From NCBI GenBank assembly GCA_044226015.1, contig JBGAHS010000009.1:96001-160000 (forward strand): a stretch of 64,000 nt of DNA, given 5' to 3'. Position numbers and translations under genes: made by a program. Below the pieces are notes generated by a model. That model saw only the letters and a list, made by a program, of their open reading frames with translations, was not told the origin of the DNA and searched no databases. Shown here piece after piece: positions 29,210 to 38,900 of this stretch (its first letter is position 1; every line of letters begins with the position of its first letter). The DNA comes from Candidatus Obscuribacteraceae bacterium (GTDB taxonomy: Bacteria; Cyanobacteriota; Vampirovibrionia; Obscuribacterales; Obscuribacteraceae).

Positions 29210-31603
29210 TTATTCTGCAACATTGAGTTCAGATCTTAGATCAGCTGGTGAGCGGTATCGCTTGCTTGAGTCCAGGGCAGTACAAGTTTCAATCACCTTC
29301 GCAAGTGCGTCGGATAAGTCTGGTAAGACCTTCTTTGTACGGGAAACGCTCAACGGCTCGGGATCGGACCCCGTGAGAAGATAATGCAGCGTGCCACCCA
29401 TCGCATAAATGTCGCTAGCACACTCGGGCATACCTCTGAATTGCTCAGGCGGAAGATAGGCGTGCTTTCCAACAACTGTTCCACTCGTTGTTGACTCGAC
29501 TACTTGCTTAGCTACGTTGAAGTCGATCAACTTGAGCAATCCTTTATCATTCAAAATCAGGTTGTCTGGAGTAAAGTCTCTATGTACAACAGGTGGATTT
29601 AGCCCGTGTAAGTAGTTGAGGATTTCACACATTTGAGTTGCCAGAGCCTTCACCTTCTCTTGGTCGAAAGTGCCCTTGTTTTTCACAATCTGGCGAAGAG
29701 ATGCGCCGCTTATGTGCTCCAACACGAGATAGGCTCGGTGATCTTCTACGAAAAAGTCGACGAGCTTAACGATTTGTGGATGGTCAAGTTGTCTCAGAAT
29801 CTTCGCTTCGTTTTCGAATTGCTCTAGAGCACTTTTGCGAACATTTACATCAACGAACACTGGCAGAATAAACTCCTTTAGAACAACGGTGCCACTTGCA
29901 TTGGTATCAGTTGCAATATAGGCTTGCCCCTGTCCTCCAGTTCCTATCTGGTTTACGATTGTGTATCGATTGTTCTTCAGTATGGTTCCATTAACCAGTG
30001 GCTTCAAACGCTCTCGCTTGGGTGGTGCGCTCAGCGCCTGCATCCATAATTCTGTGTAGCTGTGGTCCGGCGGTGGCTGAAGCCCCTCGGTTACATTCGC
30101 ATCTCGTTCTGCGTTCGGAGCCCATTTTTGAATAGCTTTCAGTATAGTTTCTCTGTCTTCAATGGAGTCGATAGAGCCCATTTTGATTTTCTTGGTTTGT
30201 CCCTTCTGTGTGGTGAAGCACAATTCTGCATTTGTCATTCCTGTCTTACCTGCTGGAACCTTCAGGCTGATGCTTTTCACATCTTCCCACTTTTGATATG
30301 GTCCGCAAAAATCAAGCAAGTTTTTGCGGAACCAAATGAATCGCCAGCCGTTCTTACCAAGCCCTAGATATGTCGGCTTGCTCATGGCATAAATGGTGGA
30401 CCCTGCTGCAGACATCCAGAGCAAATTCCAGAGTGCGGAAAGAAAGCCCAAATTTGAAGTACTTTCGTCTTGCCATTCTGTTCCACCTTTCGTATGCCTT
30501 CCGAATGGGGTGTTGATGATCGGAGTATCCGAAGTATTAGGCGAAATCACATCAACTTGCTGCTGTTCGTTTTGTAGCAATTCGTTAGTTCTTCCGTTCA
30601 AAGAGAAGACTAGCTGGACAAGCGGGTAGAGTTTGGAATTTCTAATAGTATTGCGTGACGAGGGACTCACTTTTTGCCCTAGCAGCGCTTTTGTAGCTGT
30701 GATTTCATTGATGCCTGTTAAGCTGAATCCGAGTACGAACACCGCGATACAAGATGCAAGGATGATGATTTTTAGCTTTCCAATTGATTGTTCCTGTTGC
30801 TTTCTCCATTTTGTTAGTGCTGCAAACGGGTGGTATTCAATTAAAATGTCTGAGCCAGCATTGGGTCGGATAGGTGCTTTTGTCTTCGATGTTTCTCTGG
30901 AGAGATTTTTCTTAAATAAGTAGACCACAAGCATTTGCATACAGAGCCACGCATTCGTAAACTGCAGACCCATTAAGAGATAGCAATTCGCTAGTATTGG
31001 AAAGAGAAGAGAAGCGAAGGTCGAATGAGTTCCATTTTTCGCCTTTTCAATACCGCGATTGAGTTTGTATATCCACAGTGATTGGCCAAAAACCCAGAAC
31101 AAGAAAGCTACAACTGGCAGTGGCTCAAGTTGGTCTATGGGAGGATAGTTTATCGTCCAGTCATATGGTTTATGAAAAAGATACACCGGACTGATCATTC
31201 CTGAGAGGAAAATGATTGTGTAATCAAGGTAGTTTAGAGGCGGCTCAGTTCCGTACTTTCTTGCGGTGGCTCTGGATAATGAACGGACGCAATGCACCCA
31301 ATATAGTGGTGCGATAGCACTGACTGCTAAGTCATGAATTGGGTCTGCTAGTCCCCATGGCGTAATGCTTGTTATGCGAATGAACGTATAGGTGGCTGCG
31401 ATTCCTATAAGTGGATTCGGTAACTGAAGGCTGGCGGTGGAGACGGCGCTGCTGTTTGCAGGGGACGTTTTCACAACAATATGTGCGGATTGTTCTTTTC
31501 CTTCATCTGAGCTAACTGCTGCTGTATCAGCTGCTGCTGTATCAGCTGCTGCATGCAGCTCAATCCAACTTTCCTCTTTGGTATCTTGTTTTCGCCCGTT
31601 CAT
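29210..31603 (-). CDS. Multi-TM membrane Ser/Thr kinase with PH-like domain (atypical HRDFTP and DFN motifs)
   Basis: Several N-terminal TM helices; C-terminal kinase with GTGGQG, VLKE, HRDFTPDN, DFNVA and YLPPEQ. Confidence 0.85.
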   Translation of the reverse strand: MNGRKQDTKEESWIELHAAADTAAADTAAVSSDEGKEQSAHIVVKTSPANSSAVSTASLQLPNPLIGIAATYTFIRITSITPWGLADPIHDLAVSAIAPLYWVHCVRSLSRATARKYGTEPPLNYLDYTIIFLSGMISPVYLFHKPYDWTINYPPIDQLEPLPVVAFLFWVFGQSLWIYKLNRGIEKAKNGTHSTFASLLFPILANCYLLMGLQFTNAWLCMQMLVVYLFKKNLSRETSKTKAPIRPNAGSDILIEYHPFAALTKWRKQQEQSIGKLKIIILASCIAVFVLGFSLTGINEITATKALLGQKVSPSSRNTIRNSKLYPLVQLVFSLNGRTNELLQNEQQQVDVISPNTSDTPIINTPFGRHTKGGTEWQDESTSNLGFLSALWNLLWMSAAGSTIYAMSKPTYLGLGKNGWRFIWFRKNLLDFCGPYQKWEDVKSISLKVPAGKTGMTNAELCFTTQKGQTKKIKMGSIDSIEDRETILKAIQKWAPNAERDANVTEGLQPPPDHSYTELWMQALSAPPKRERLKPLVNGTILKNNRYTIVNQIGTGGQGQAYIATDTNASGTVVLKEFILPVFVDVNVRKSALEQFENEAKILRQLDHPQIVKLVDFFVEDHRAYLVLEHISGASLRQIVKNKGTFDQEKVKALATQMCEILNYLHGLNPPVVHRDFTPDNLILNDKGLLKLIDFNVAKQVVESTTSGTVVGKHAYLPPEQFRGMPECASDIYAMGGTLHYLLTGSDPEPLSVSRTKKVLPDLSDALAKVIETCTALDSSKRYRSPADLRSELNVAE

Positions 31604-33027
31604 GATTTTATCGGCTCTTGAATTGGAATTCGATTTGGTTGAAGTGCTTTGAATAGCTTAATCACATCCTCTGCAGATGCTGGTCTTTCTTCAGGCTCAA
31701 ATTGAGAACACTGTGATATAACCTGGTTTAACTCATCTGAGATTTTCGAATTGTGCTGCTTGGGGATTGCAATCGCCAGTGGCAGGGGATCTTTGCCAGT
31801 CAGTAAATAGTGCATTGTTCCAGCAAATGCGTAGATATCGCTCTGAGTAGTGCTTTTGCCTCGCACCTGCTCTGCCGGCATGTAAGCCTGTTTGCCAACA
31901 ATGGTACCAGTGGCGGTGCCGACAAACTCATTAGCAGCTCCAAAATCTATCAGCATGATTTGTTCCTTTGCCAGTACCAAATTCTCAGGCGTCAAATCTC
32001 TGTGGATTATGGGAGGGCTTTGAGAATGCAGCGCCGAGAGAACCTCAAGAATTTGGAGTCCCCATTGAATGGCTTGTTCCTCCGATATTGGTCCATTTTG
32101 TTTGATGTACTGGCGCAAATCCGTTCCATTAATATATTCCAGCTTCAGATAATGTCTGCCACCTTCAATGAAGTGGTCGAGTACTCTAGCTGCTGATGGG
32201 TGCTTGAAACGAGCTAGCATTTCTGCCTCACGGATAAGATGCTTCTCTGCTTCGGCTCTGGCTAAGACATCGGAGCTCTCTGGAACAACGGCTTCTTTTA
32301 CGACGACCAGGTCTCGTTGTTCTTCTTGCGCAAGATAAATAGCAGACAGTCCTCCAAAAGCCAGCTGTCGGACAATCTTAAGTTTGCCATTTTGCAGTTT
32401 CTGCTCTGGTTCAAGGGGGACGAAGGTTGTTGATTGAAACCTTCTGTTTAGTTCCTCTTCCCACATTTGGGTGTAGCTGATGCCTTGTGCTTGATTTTGT
32501 ATTTGATTTTGATAACTGACCAATTCGGGCGAACGTTGGCAATTTTTTCCCCAGAGTTCGATGCCCAGTAGCAGTTGCTCCACGTCATTTTTGTCAAAAC
32601 AGTTCAAATTCAGGGCTAAAATGCTTGAGTCTTGGAAATACAGAAACAGCCGTTTATTGTCACCGTCATCACCGCCAGAGATGAGTTCGGCGCGGGTTAA
32701 TTCTTGCCAGTCGCGAGCTCGCTTATATTTTAGCTTTGGTAGTAAAAACGGAGGAAAGGAGATTCCGTCTTTAGAAATGTAGATTCTGTTGTCTTCGGCG
32801 ACTGCTGTTCCGGCTATGCCGAAAACAATGAGGGCAATCATTGAAGGAATCACCGTAACAAGGGTGCTGAGTGAAAATGTCGCTGGCGAGAAAAGTACCT
32901 CGCCAATGACATAACCGATGGCTACAGGGGCGCCCACTTCCCAGATTGGTAAAGTAGCGAGCATCACTATGAAAGCTATTCTTGCTGGTTTAGACTTGTA
33001 GCGTAGCGTGAGATTTAATTCTGCCAA
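31600..33027 (-). CDS. Two-TM membrane Ser/Thr kinase with PH-like domain (atypical HRDLTP motif)
   Basis: Two TM helices; kinase with AFGGLS, VVKE, HRDLTPEN, DFG and YMPAEQ. Overlaps the next gene by ATGA. Confidence 0.85.
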   Translation of the reverse strand: MAELNLTLRYKSKPARIAFIVMLATLPIWEVGAPVAIGYVIGEVLFSPATFSLSTLVTVIPSMIALIVFGIAGTAVAEDNRIYISKDGISFPPFLLPKLKYKRARDWQELTRAELISGGDDGDNKRLFLYFQDSSILALNLNCFDKNDVEQLLLGIELWGKNCQRSPELVSYQNQIQNQAQGISYTQMWEEELNRRFQSTTFVPLEPEQKLQNGKLKIVRQLAFGGLSAIYLAQEEQRDLVVVKEAVVPESSDVLARAEAEKHLIREAEMLARFKHPSAARVLDHFIEGGRHYLKLEYINGTDLRQYIKQNGPISEEQAIQWGLQILEVLSALHSQSPPIIHRDLTPENLVLAKEQIMLIDFGAANEFVGTATGTIVGKQAYMPAEQVRGKSTTQSDIYAFAGTMHYLLTGKDPLPLAIAIPKQHNSKISDELNQVISQCSQFEPEERPASAEDVIKLFKALQPNRIPIQEPIKS

Positions 33028-33376
33028 GACATTTCCTCTAGGCGGGCGGATTCGTTCGAAAAGGTTGCTATCTTAGCTTTCCCGGAATGTCACCCTAATT
33101 CACGTATTGTTTGGGCAAGATTAAGCTTAAGCCTTTCACGCTGGTATCTATCGGAAAAATAGTGCGAGCGACGGATAGTGCGTTTTCTTTGCTGAATTCT
33201 AAGATGGAAAAGTGAAGTGCAGGTACAGAGCAAATTGGCTAAGCGCTCACTTTGAAGAATGAGTCGATTTCCAACTGCAATGTTTACCTCCTAGATTCTA
33301 AAATCGATACTAACTCAAGGTTTGGGTCACCATGATTTGTGTCAATGTCCTGGCGGATGGAAAGGCAAAGTGGATT

Positions 33377-34207
33377 ATGAAGGTACATTTTAGAAAAGAA
33401 TTGGATGGAGCCTGGCGCGGCTGGCTCAAAGAAAATCTAGACCGCAAATGCGACCCCTCAGAACTTATGCAAATTTTGCAGAAGAATGGATTTGATATGG
33501 AGTCCATTCGCGAAAACATGGGTCCATCGTTTCCCGAAGACGCCATGTTTGATCTACCGCGTCCTGATTATTGGTCTATTGCCAACGCTCGAATTACTCA
33601 TACTGAGATCAGTGGTGCAGTGCGCGTACCGTCGAACAAGATTCAACTTTACACATTGGAAAACTTTTTGAGTGATGCAGAGTGCGACCAGATTGTTGAA
33701 CTAACTGCTACCCGATTGCGTCGTTCTACAGTTACCACTGGTGACGCTCAATACCGAACTAGTAGCACCTGCGATCTGTCGCTTATTGATCATCCTGATA
33801 TTGCCGCGCTGGACGAGAAAATTTCCAGAGCACTGGGTATAAGCCGTGCTTATTCCGAGGGAATACAGGCACAGCGTTATGATGAGGGTCAGGAGTTTCG
33901 TCAGCACACTGATTATTTCCAGCCGAACTCAGCTGAGTATGCGGAGTTCGCTGGACGTGCAGGGCAACGCACATGGACCTTCATGGTCTATTTGAATGAA
34001 GGAATGGAGGGTGGTGGCACCCATTTCTACAAATTGAACAAAGTCTTTCAGCCAAAAAAAGGTATGGCTGTAATTTGGAATAATCTCACGGCTTATGGTG
34101 AACCAAACCCACATACCTTGCATGCTGGTTTGCCAATCGAGTCGGGCTCCAAAATCATTATCACCAAGTGGTTCAGAGACCGCGGACAGGGAGAAATGCT
34201 GCTGTAG
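33377..34207 (+). CDS. 2OG-Fe(II) oxygenase, prolyl 4-hydroxylase-like
   Basis: FLSDAECD, RTSST, HTDYF (HxD), RTWTFMVYLN, GGGT, HAGLP and KIIITKW motifs. Start at 33332 or 33377. Confidence 0.88.
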   Translation: MKVHFRKELDGAWRGWLKENLDRKCDPSELMQILQKNGFDMESIRENMGPSFPEDAMFDLPRPDYWSIANARITHTEISGAVRVPSNKIQLYTLENFLSDAECDQIVELTATRLRRSTVTTGDAQYRTSSTCDLSLIDHPDIAALDEKISRALGISRAYSEGIQAQRYDEGQEFRQHTDYFQPNSAEYAEFAGRAGQRTWTFMVYLNEGMEGGGTHFYKLNKVFQPKKGMAVIWNNLTAYGEPNPHTLHAGLPIESGSKIIITKWFRDRGQGEMLL

Positions 34208-34404
34208 GCTTCATTCGATTTGAACTCCCCAGGGCGCGCTGCCAATCTGGCGGCTTCTGACTGCGCTATTAAGTCATTAAATCTGAAGTCTGCTGGAAGC
34301 GTTTGCTCCCAGCAGCTTTCAGTTTACAGGTGAACCCATTTTAGCTTCGGAGTCTGAAGACCCTAGCGGATGAGTAACAATGTGAATACCTGAGCTGCAG
34401 CGGG

Positions 34405-35622
34405 TTATCTAATTGAGGGCGTTTTTGGAACTCCAGTTACTTTTCCCGGTAACGTTGGTTGTGGATTTTTCTGCTGCAGAAGCAGGTCAAAGCTTGGTGC
34501 GCTATGTCCGTCCCTAAATAAAACACCAGCCGAATTCCATTCGATGTTCCCGCAGCTTTTGCTGTGCGAGCAGCGAAGTGCTGTTATACCATGTGCAGCT
34601 AATGATTCTATCTCACCGCTATTGCTAACACCATCTGAGTTACGATCGTGCCATAGAGCCATTCCCGCAAGCTCATTTCCTTTGACTAAACCATCGTGAT
34701 CGTCGTCCAAGCTTTGCAAAACATCATAACCGTTTCGCCAAAAAATCCAGAAGCTTGACTGTCCTACCAGCTGCAAGCCTGAGTCTATTTTTCCAGAAGA
34801 ATCAGGATTGAATACAAGCCAGGCTGCATTGGGCGATAGCCACTGCGCATAGCGTTTCTTCCCAAATCCATCAAGGTCGAAGCTCACTTCTTTTTGAATT
34901 AGCATTTCGTGCAGTGTACAATTGCGTTTTAATGGTATCGCTATTGGTGTTACCATTCTCGGGACGCTTTCAAGCTCAGCAGTTTTGTCTTTGAGTTGCT
35001 TGAGTTCTTTTGAGTCTTTAGTTGGATCTAGCAATTTTTGCAGGTAGCCTGCTGTTTCTAAGCCAATCGACCAATTGTACATTCCGCCTTTTGAGTATTT
35101 CTCTTGATCGTAAGCTTCGGCAAAGGCTTGTCGATAAAACTTGAGTGCGTTCGTTTTATCTCCAGATTGTTCGTAGCACCAACCGAGTCCTAGTTTTGCG
35201 ACTAGCAACTTAGGGTCAGTCTTTAGTGCAGCTTGCATGTGTAAAATTGCTTGCTGCAAATGTTGTTTCGCTTGTGGAGAATTTGGTTTTGCTTTCGCTT
35301 TGTCTATGGCAAATTGAAGATGGTCAGGTCTATTTCCAAAATCTGGCAATTCATATTTGCTGCCTGGAGTCACGAGCGCGTTGCAGGGTCCTTCTTCGAC
35401 CCCCAGCGCGTAAGCCATTGAATGAAGCCTTCCGATTTGAAAATCAATCATGGCTCGATCCAGTGTTCCTACAACATCAGAACGATGAATTTCTAGATTC
35501 TTCAAAAGGCGGGAAATAGGGACATTGCGTATTTGCGGCAGTGCGAATTTTGCCAAGCTATCATTTGGAAAAAGGAGATTTATGCCAACCAGCAGACTCA
35601 ATGTTCCTGCAATAAGCTTCAT
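34405..35622 (-). CDS. Secreted TPR protein with C-terminal Ca-binding (DxDxDG) domain
   Basis: Signal peptide; TPR (LGLGWCYEQSGD); FDLDGFG...WL...DSSGKIDSG, LDDDHDG and DRNSDGVS motifs. Confidence 0.75.
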   Translation of the reverse strand: MKLIAGTLSLLVGINLLFPNDSLAKFALPQIRNVPISRLLKNLEIHRSDVVGTLDRAMIDFQIGRLHSMAYALGVEEGPCNALVTPGSKYELPDFGNRPDHLQFAIDKAKAKPNSPQAKQHLQQAILHMQAALKTDPKLLVAKLGLGWCYEQSGDKTNALKFYRQAFAEAYDQEKYSKGGMYNWSIGLETAGYLQKLLDPTKDSKELKQLKDKTAELESVPRMVTPIAIPLKRNCTLHEMLIQKEVSFDLDGFGKKRYAQWLSPNAAWLVFNPDSSGKIDSGLQLVGQSSFWIFWRNGYDVLQSLDDDHDGLVKGNELAGMALWHDRNSDGVSNSGEIESLAAHGITALRCSHSKSCGNIEWNSAGVLFRDGHSAPSFDLLLQQKNPQPTLPGKVTGVPKTPSIR

Positions 35623-35957
35623 CTATTTGATTGTCCCGCCGCAGTCTACCGATAGTAAGTAAAATCGGACTTTTGCTCGCTTGCCAAGCTGAAAGGAAGC
35701 GCGCTTGCCCTCAACATGATTACAATAACAGACAGTTTTGAAATTACGTCGCTCAGGGGGCGATTGTTTTGCCTAAAGCTTTTTATCAGTGAGGCTTTAG
35801 CGTATTTGCTTTGGCGATGAATTTTATTTAAGCCTTCTGTTGTATACCGCCACACAATTGAGAGGCGCTCTCCGTCTATGTAGTGCATATAATACCAGTA
35901 TTGGTTTCCCTGCTCGGGCAGCCGAGTATTGAATTGCTGCCCCTCAGGAGAGATGCA

Positions 35958-38900
35958 ATGAATCGCAAGAGTTCTAAAAGACGTTGTGCGCTGGTTTCTT
36001 CGGCATTGGCATTAACGCCGATTATTTCGCCCTGGTCGGCCTTTGCACAGACGGTGCCTGTAGGCGGTAGACCTGGAATGAGACCAGCCATGGTTGCGAC
36101 GGGAAGTTCAAGTTTGCATCCAGCGCTCGACCTGGGTTCAACGAACGCATCTCTAAGCTCGCCTAACAATTCTGCTGTCAGTATTAATATTGGTGGCTCT
36201 TTGAGCAATGGTACCGTTATTGGTGGCACTCAATTAAGCATCTCGCCAGGTCAATCGGTGACACCTGCTCAATATGCAGCAGTCTACCAGCTCATCCACG
36301 GTGGTAATCAGGCTCTTGTCGTTAACTCCATGGGAGCCGCTCAATCTGGTAGTCTTAATCTCAGTTCGAAATATCTCGATAGCCTTGCCAATCTGGTCAT
36401 CCCTGGTGGGGTTTCTGTTACAGCATCTGGTTATAACTCGAAGACGCCTCTCAATGTATCTGGTGCCCTGGACATAAGTGGTTCGATGCATGCTATCCAG
36501 GGCGCTGCGAACATCACATCAGTCCTCAATCTCGGGAGTTTGACGATTAATCAGGGTGGATTACTCTCGGGTTATCTGCCCAGTGGAAGCACTCAGGGGT
36601 ATGCTTCTGGTGGTATGAACTTGAACGTTTCGGGCAGTGTGCTGAACCGAGGCACAATAACAAGCCCTGGTGCCCTGAACATTCTGGCTGGCGGGAATGT
36701 CATCAATCAAAGCGTTAATAGTGTGCAGTCCGTGATGTCTGCGCAGAATCTCAACATTGTGAGCAACAATGGAAGCATCATTAACTCAGGGTTGATTCAG
36801 GCAGTTAATACCTTTAATCTTGCGGCTTCAAGTAACACTCTGCCGCAATCTTCTGGTCTGTCTGCTTCGTTGAGGGCTGCTGCTGATATCAACAACTCTG
36901 GTACTATTAGTAGTGGCGGCAGCTTAAGCTTGCACGCTGGCGGCGCTGTCATCAATGCCTTGATGCACGATGATACTGTTGCGGTTTCCAGTCTTCTGGC
37001 TGCAGACAATATCGGTATCGTGAGTGGCTCTGGCAATGTGACAAATGCCGGACTCATTTCTTCCGCAAACGGTGATGTAAACATAAGTTCTGCATCGAAA
37101 ACGCAGGACATCAATTTGAATGGTTTTGCTGGTTCTATTCAGGCTTATAACGGCAGCATAAATCTACGCGATGCTTCCTATGCTGGTTCAGCTAACATAA
37201 ACGTGGTTGGTGGTGATTATCTTTCCCGCGACGTTAATCTCTATTCGGGATCCGGAACAGTAACGGTAAATGTCGGACAGCTTACTGGCAATCTAAATAC
37301 CATTGCTGGTACAGAGCATGTTTTCGCTGATACTGATTTGTTGAAGTTGGGCAATCACTGTGTCTCAGGTGACCCGACTTACTACAATACCGGTTCAATT
37401 CAAATCGTTGATACAGTCTCGGCCGCAGAAGACCTTGCCATCATAGCTGGAGCTAACATAACAGCTGATGCTAACGGGCAAATTGTCACCAACGGCAATA
37501 ATCTAATTTTGATTTCTGGAGCAAATATATTGAGTGCATGCTCCGGTTGCACCACTCCGGGGCCGGGCAAGCTTGGTCCTAGCGCTGGTTCGAGTACACC
37601 AAGCTCTGGGCTTGGAATTGGCGCTGTCGATGTAAGCTTGAGTGGTGGCAATGGTGGCAACATTGACCTGAGCAGCAGTACTGCCGCTACCGTCATCGAT
37701 ACATCATCGTCTAGTGGCGCTGGTGGTAATGTAACCATGGTGGCACTTGCTGATGGCTCGGGCGCACAAGGTAAGGTTCTCCTCAACAGTGGAAGCAACC
37801 TCGGTACCATCAACACTTCTGGCGCTCTCGAAGGTGGTGGTGGCAATGTCACAATATTTGCGGGTGCTGACCCGGCGGTCGCGTCCAATTCGATTACAAC
37901 AAACAAAATCGTCACCATTAGTACTGGCGCTTTGTCCTCTGGGAATGTAACACTGGCAACAACTCAGGCTGTTACATCTGATGGGCAGAAATTGGTTTTC
38001 GATGCAAGTGGTCATATCGCCAGCGGTAATTCAATTCAAGCAGGTTCTACTCTGGCCAAGTCAGGCATCACGACGGGAGATATTGATACTCACGTCAATG
38101 GTGGCGCAGCTGCAGCGGGTAACGTCAACATCAAAGCATATGGTGACATTTTTACGAGCGCTGGCACGATTGCGACCATAAATGATGGGGTCGGACCGAG
38201 TGGTGAGGTCAATATTTCATCGAGCAAAGGCGCAATAAGCACCGGCGAAATTGACACATTCGTCTATGGAGGTTGGCTGCCAGCAGCGAATGTGACCATC
38301 TCCGCTTATGGCGATATTAGTACTAACGGAAAGTTTATATACGCATTCCAGGGCGGCTCTGGTGTGGGTGGAACAATCCGACTAACATCAATCAATGGTT
38401 CTGTGTCGACAGGCATGCTTTTGACTGGTGTTGGTGACAGTACTGCTGCAGGAAATGTAATTATTTCTGCCCTTGGGAATATCAACACCGACAAAATTTA
38501 TGCTTTCAATGCTGGCACCGGTGGCGGTGGCAGCGTCAGTCTGAGTTCCAGTAATGGTGCTGTTACAACAGGGGAGATTTTTACAAATGTGAATTTGGGC
38601 GTTTATGCCGCTGGGGCTGTGACAATTTCTGCTCAAGATACTATAACTGTTTCCGGTACTATCAACGCTTCTAATGGTGGCACTGGTTCTGGTGGAACCG
38701 TGAGCTTGCTCAGTTCTGGTGCGATTATCGTTGGAGACATAAATACTTCAAGTACGGGGCTTCGCGGCGGTTCCGTTAGATTGGCTTCTGCAGGCAATGA
38801 CTCCCTCTTTTCGATTTCGGCAGGAAAGATAAATACCTCTGCTACGACCGCTGCAGGGTCTGTGGAGATAGTTTCTATTGACCCCGCCTTCAATCTTACG

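Noticed and set aside
31516..31552. 15-bp tandem duplication (AAADT twice) in the kinase N-terminus
   Set aside because: In-frame micro-duplication in a disordered region with no evident significance.
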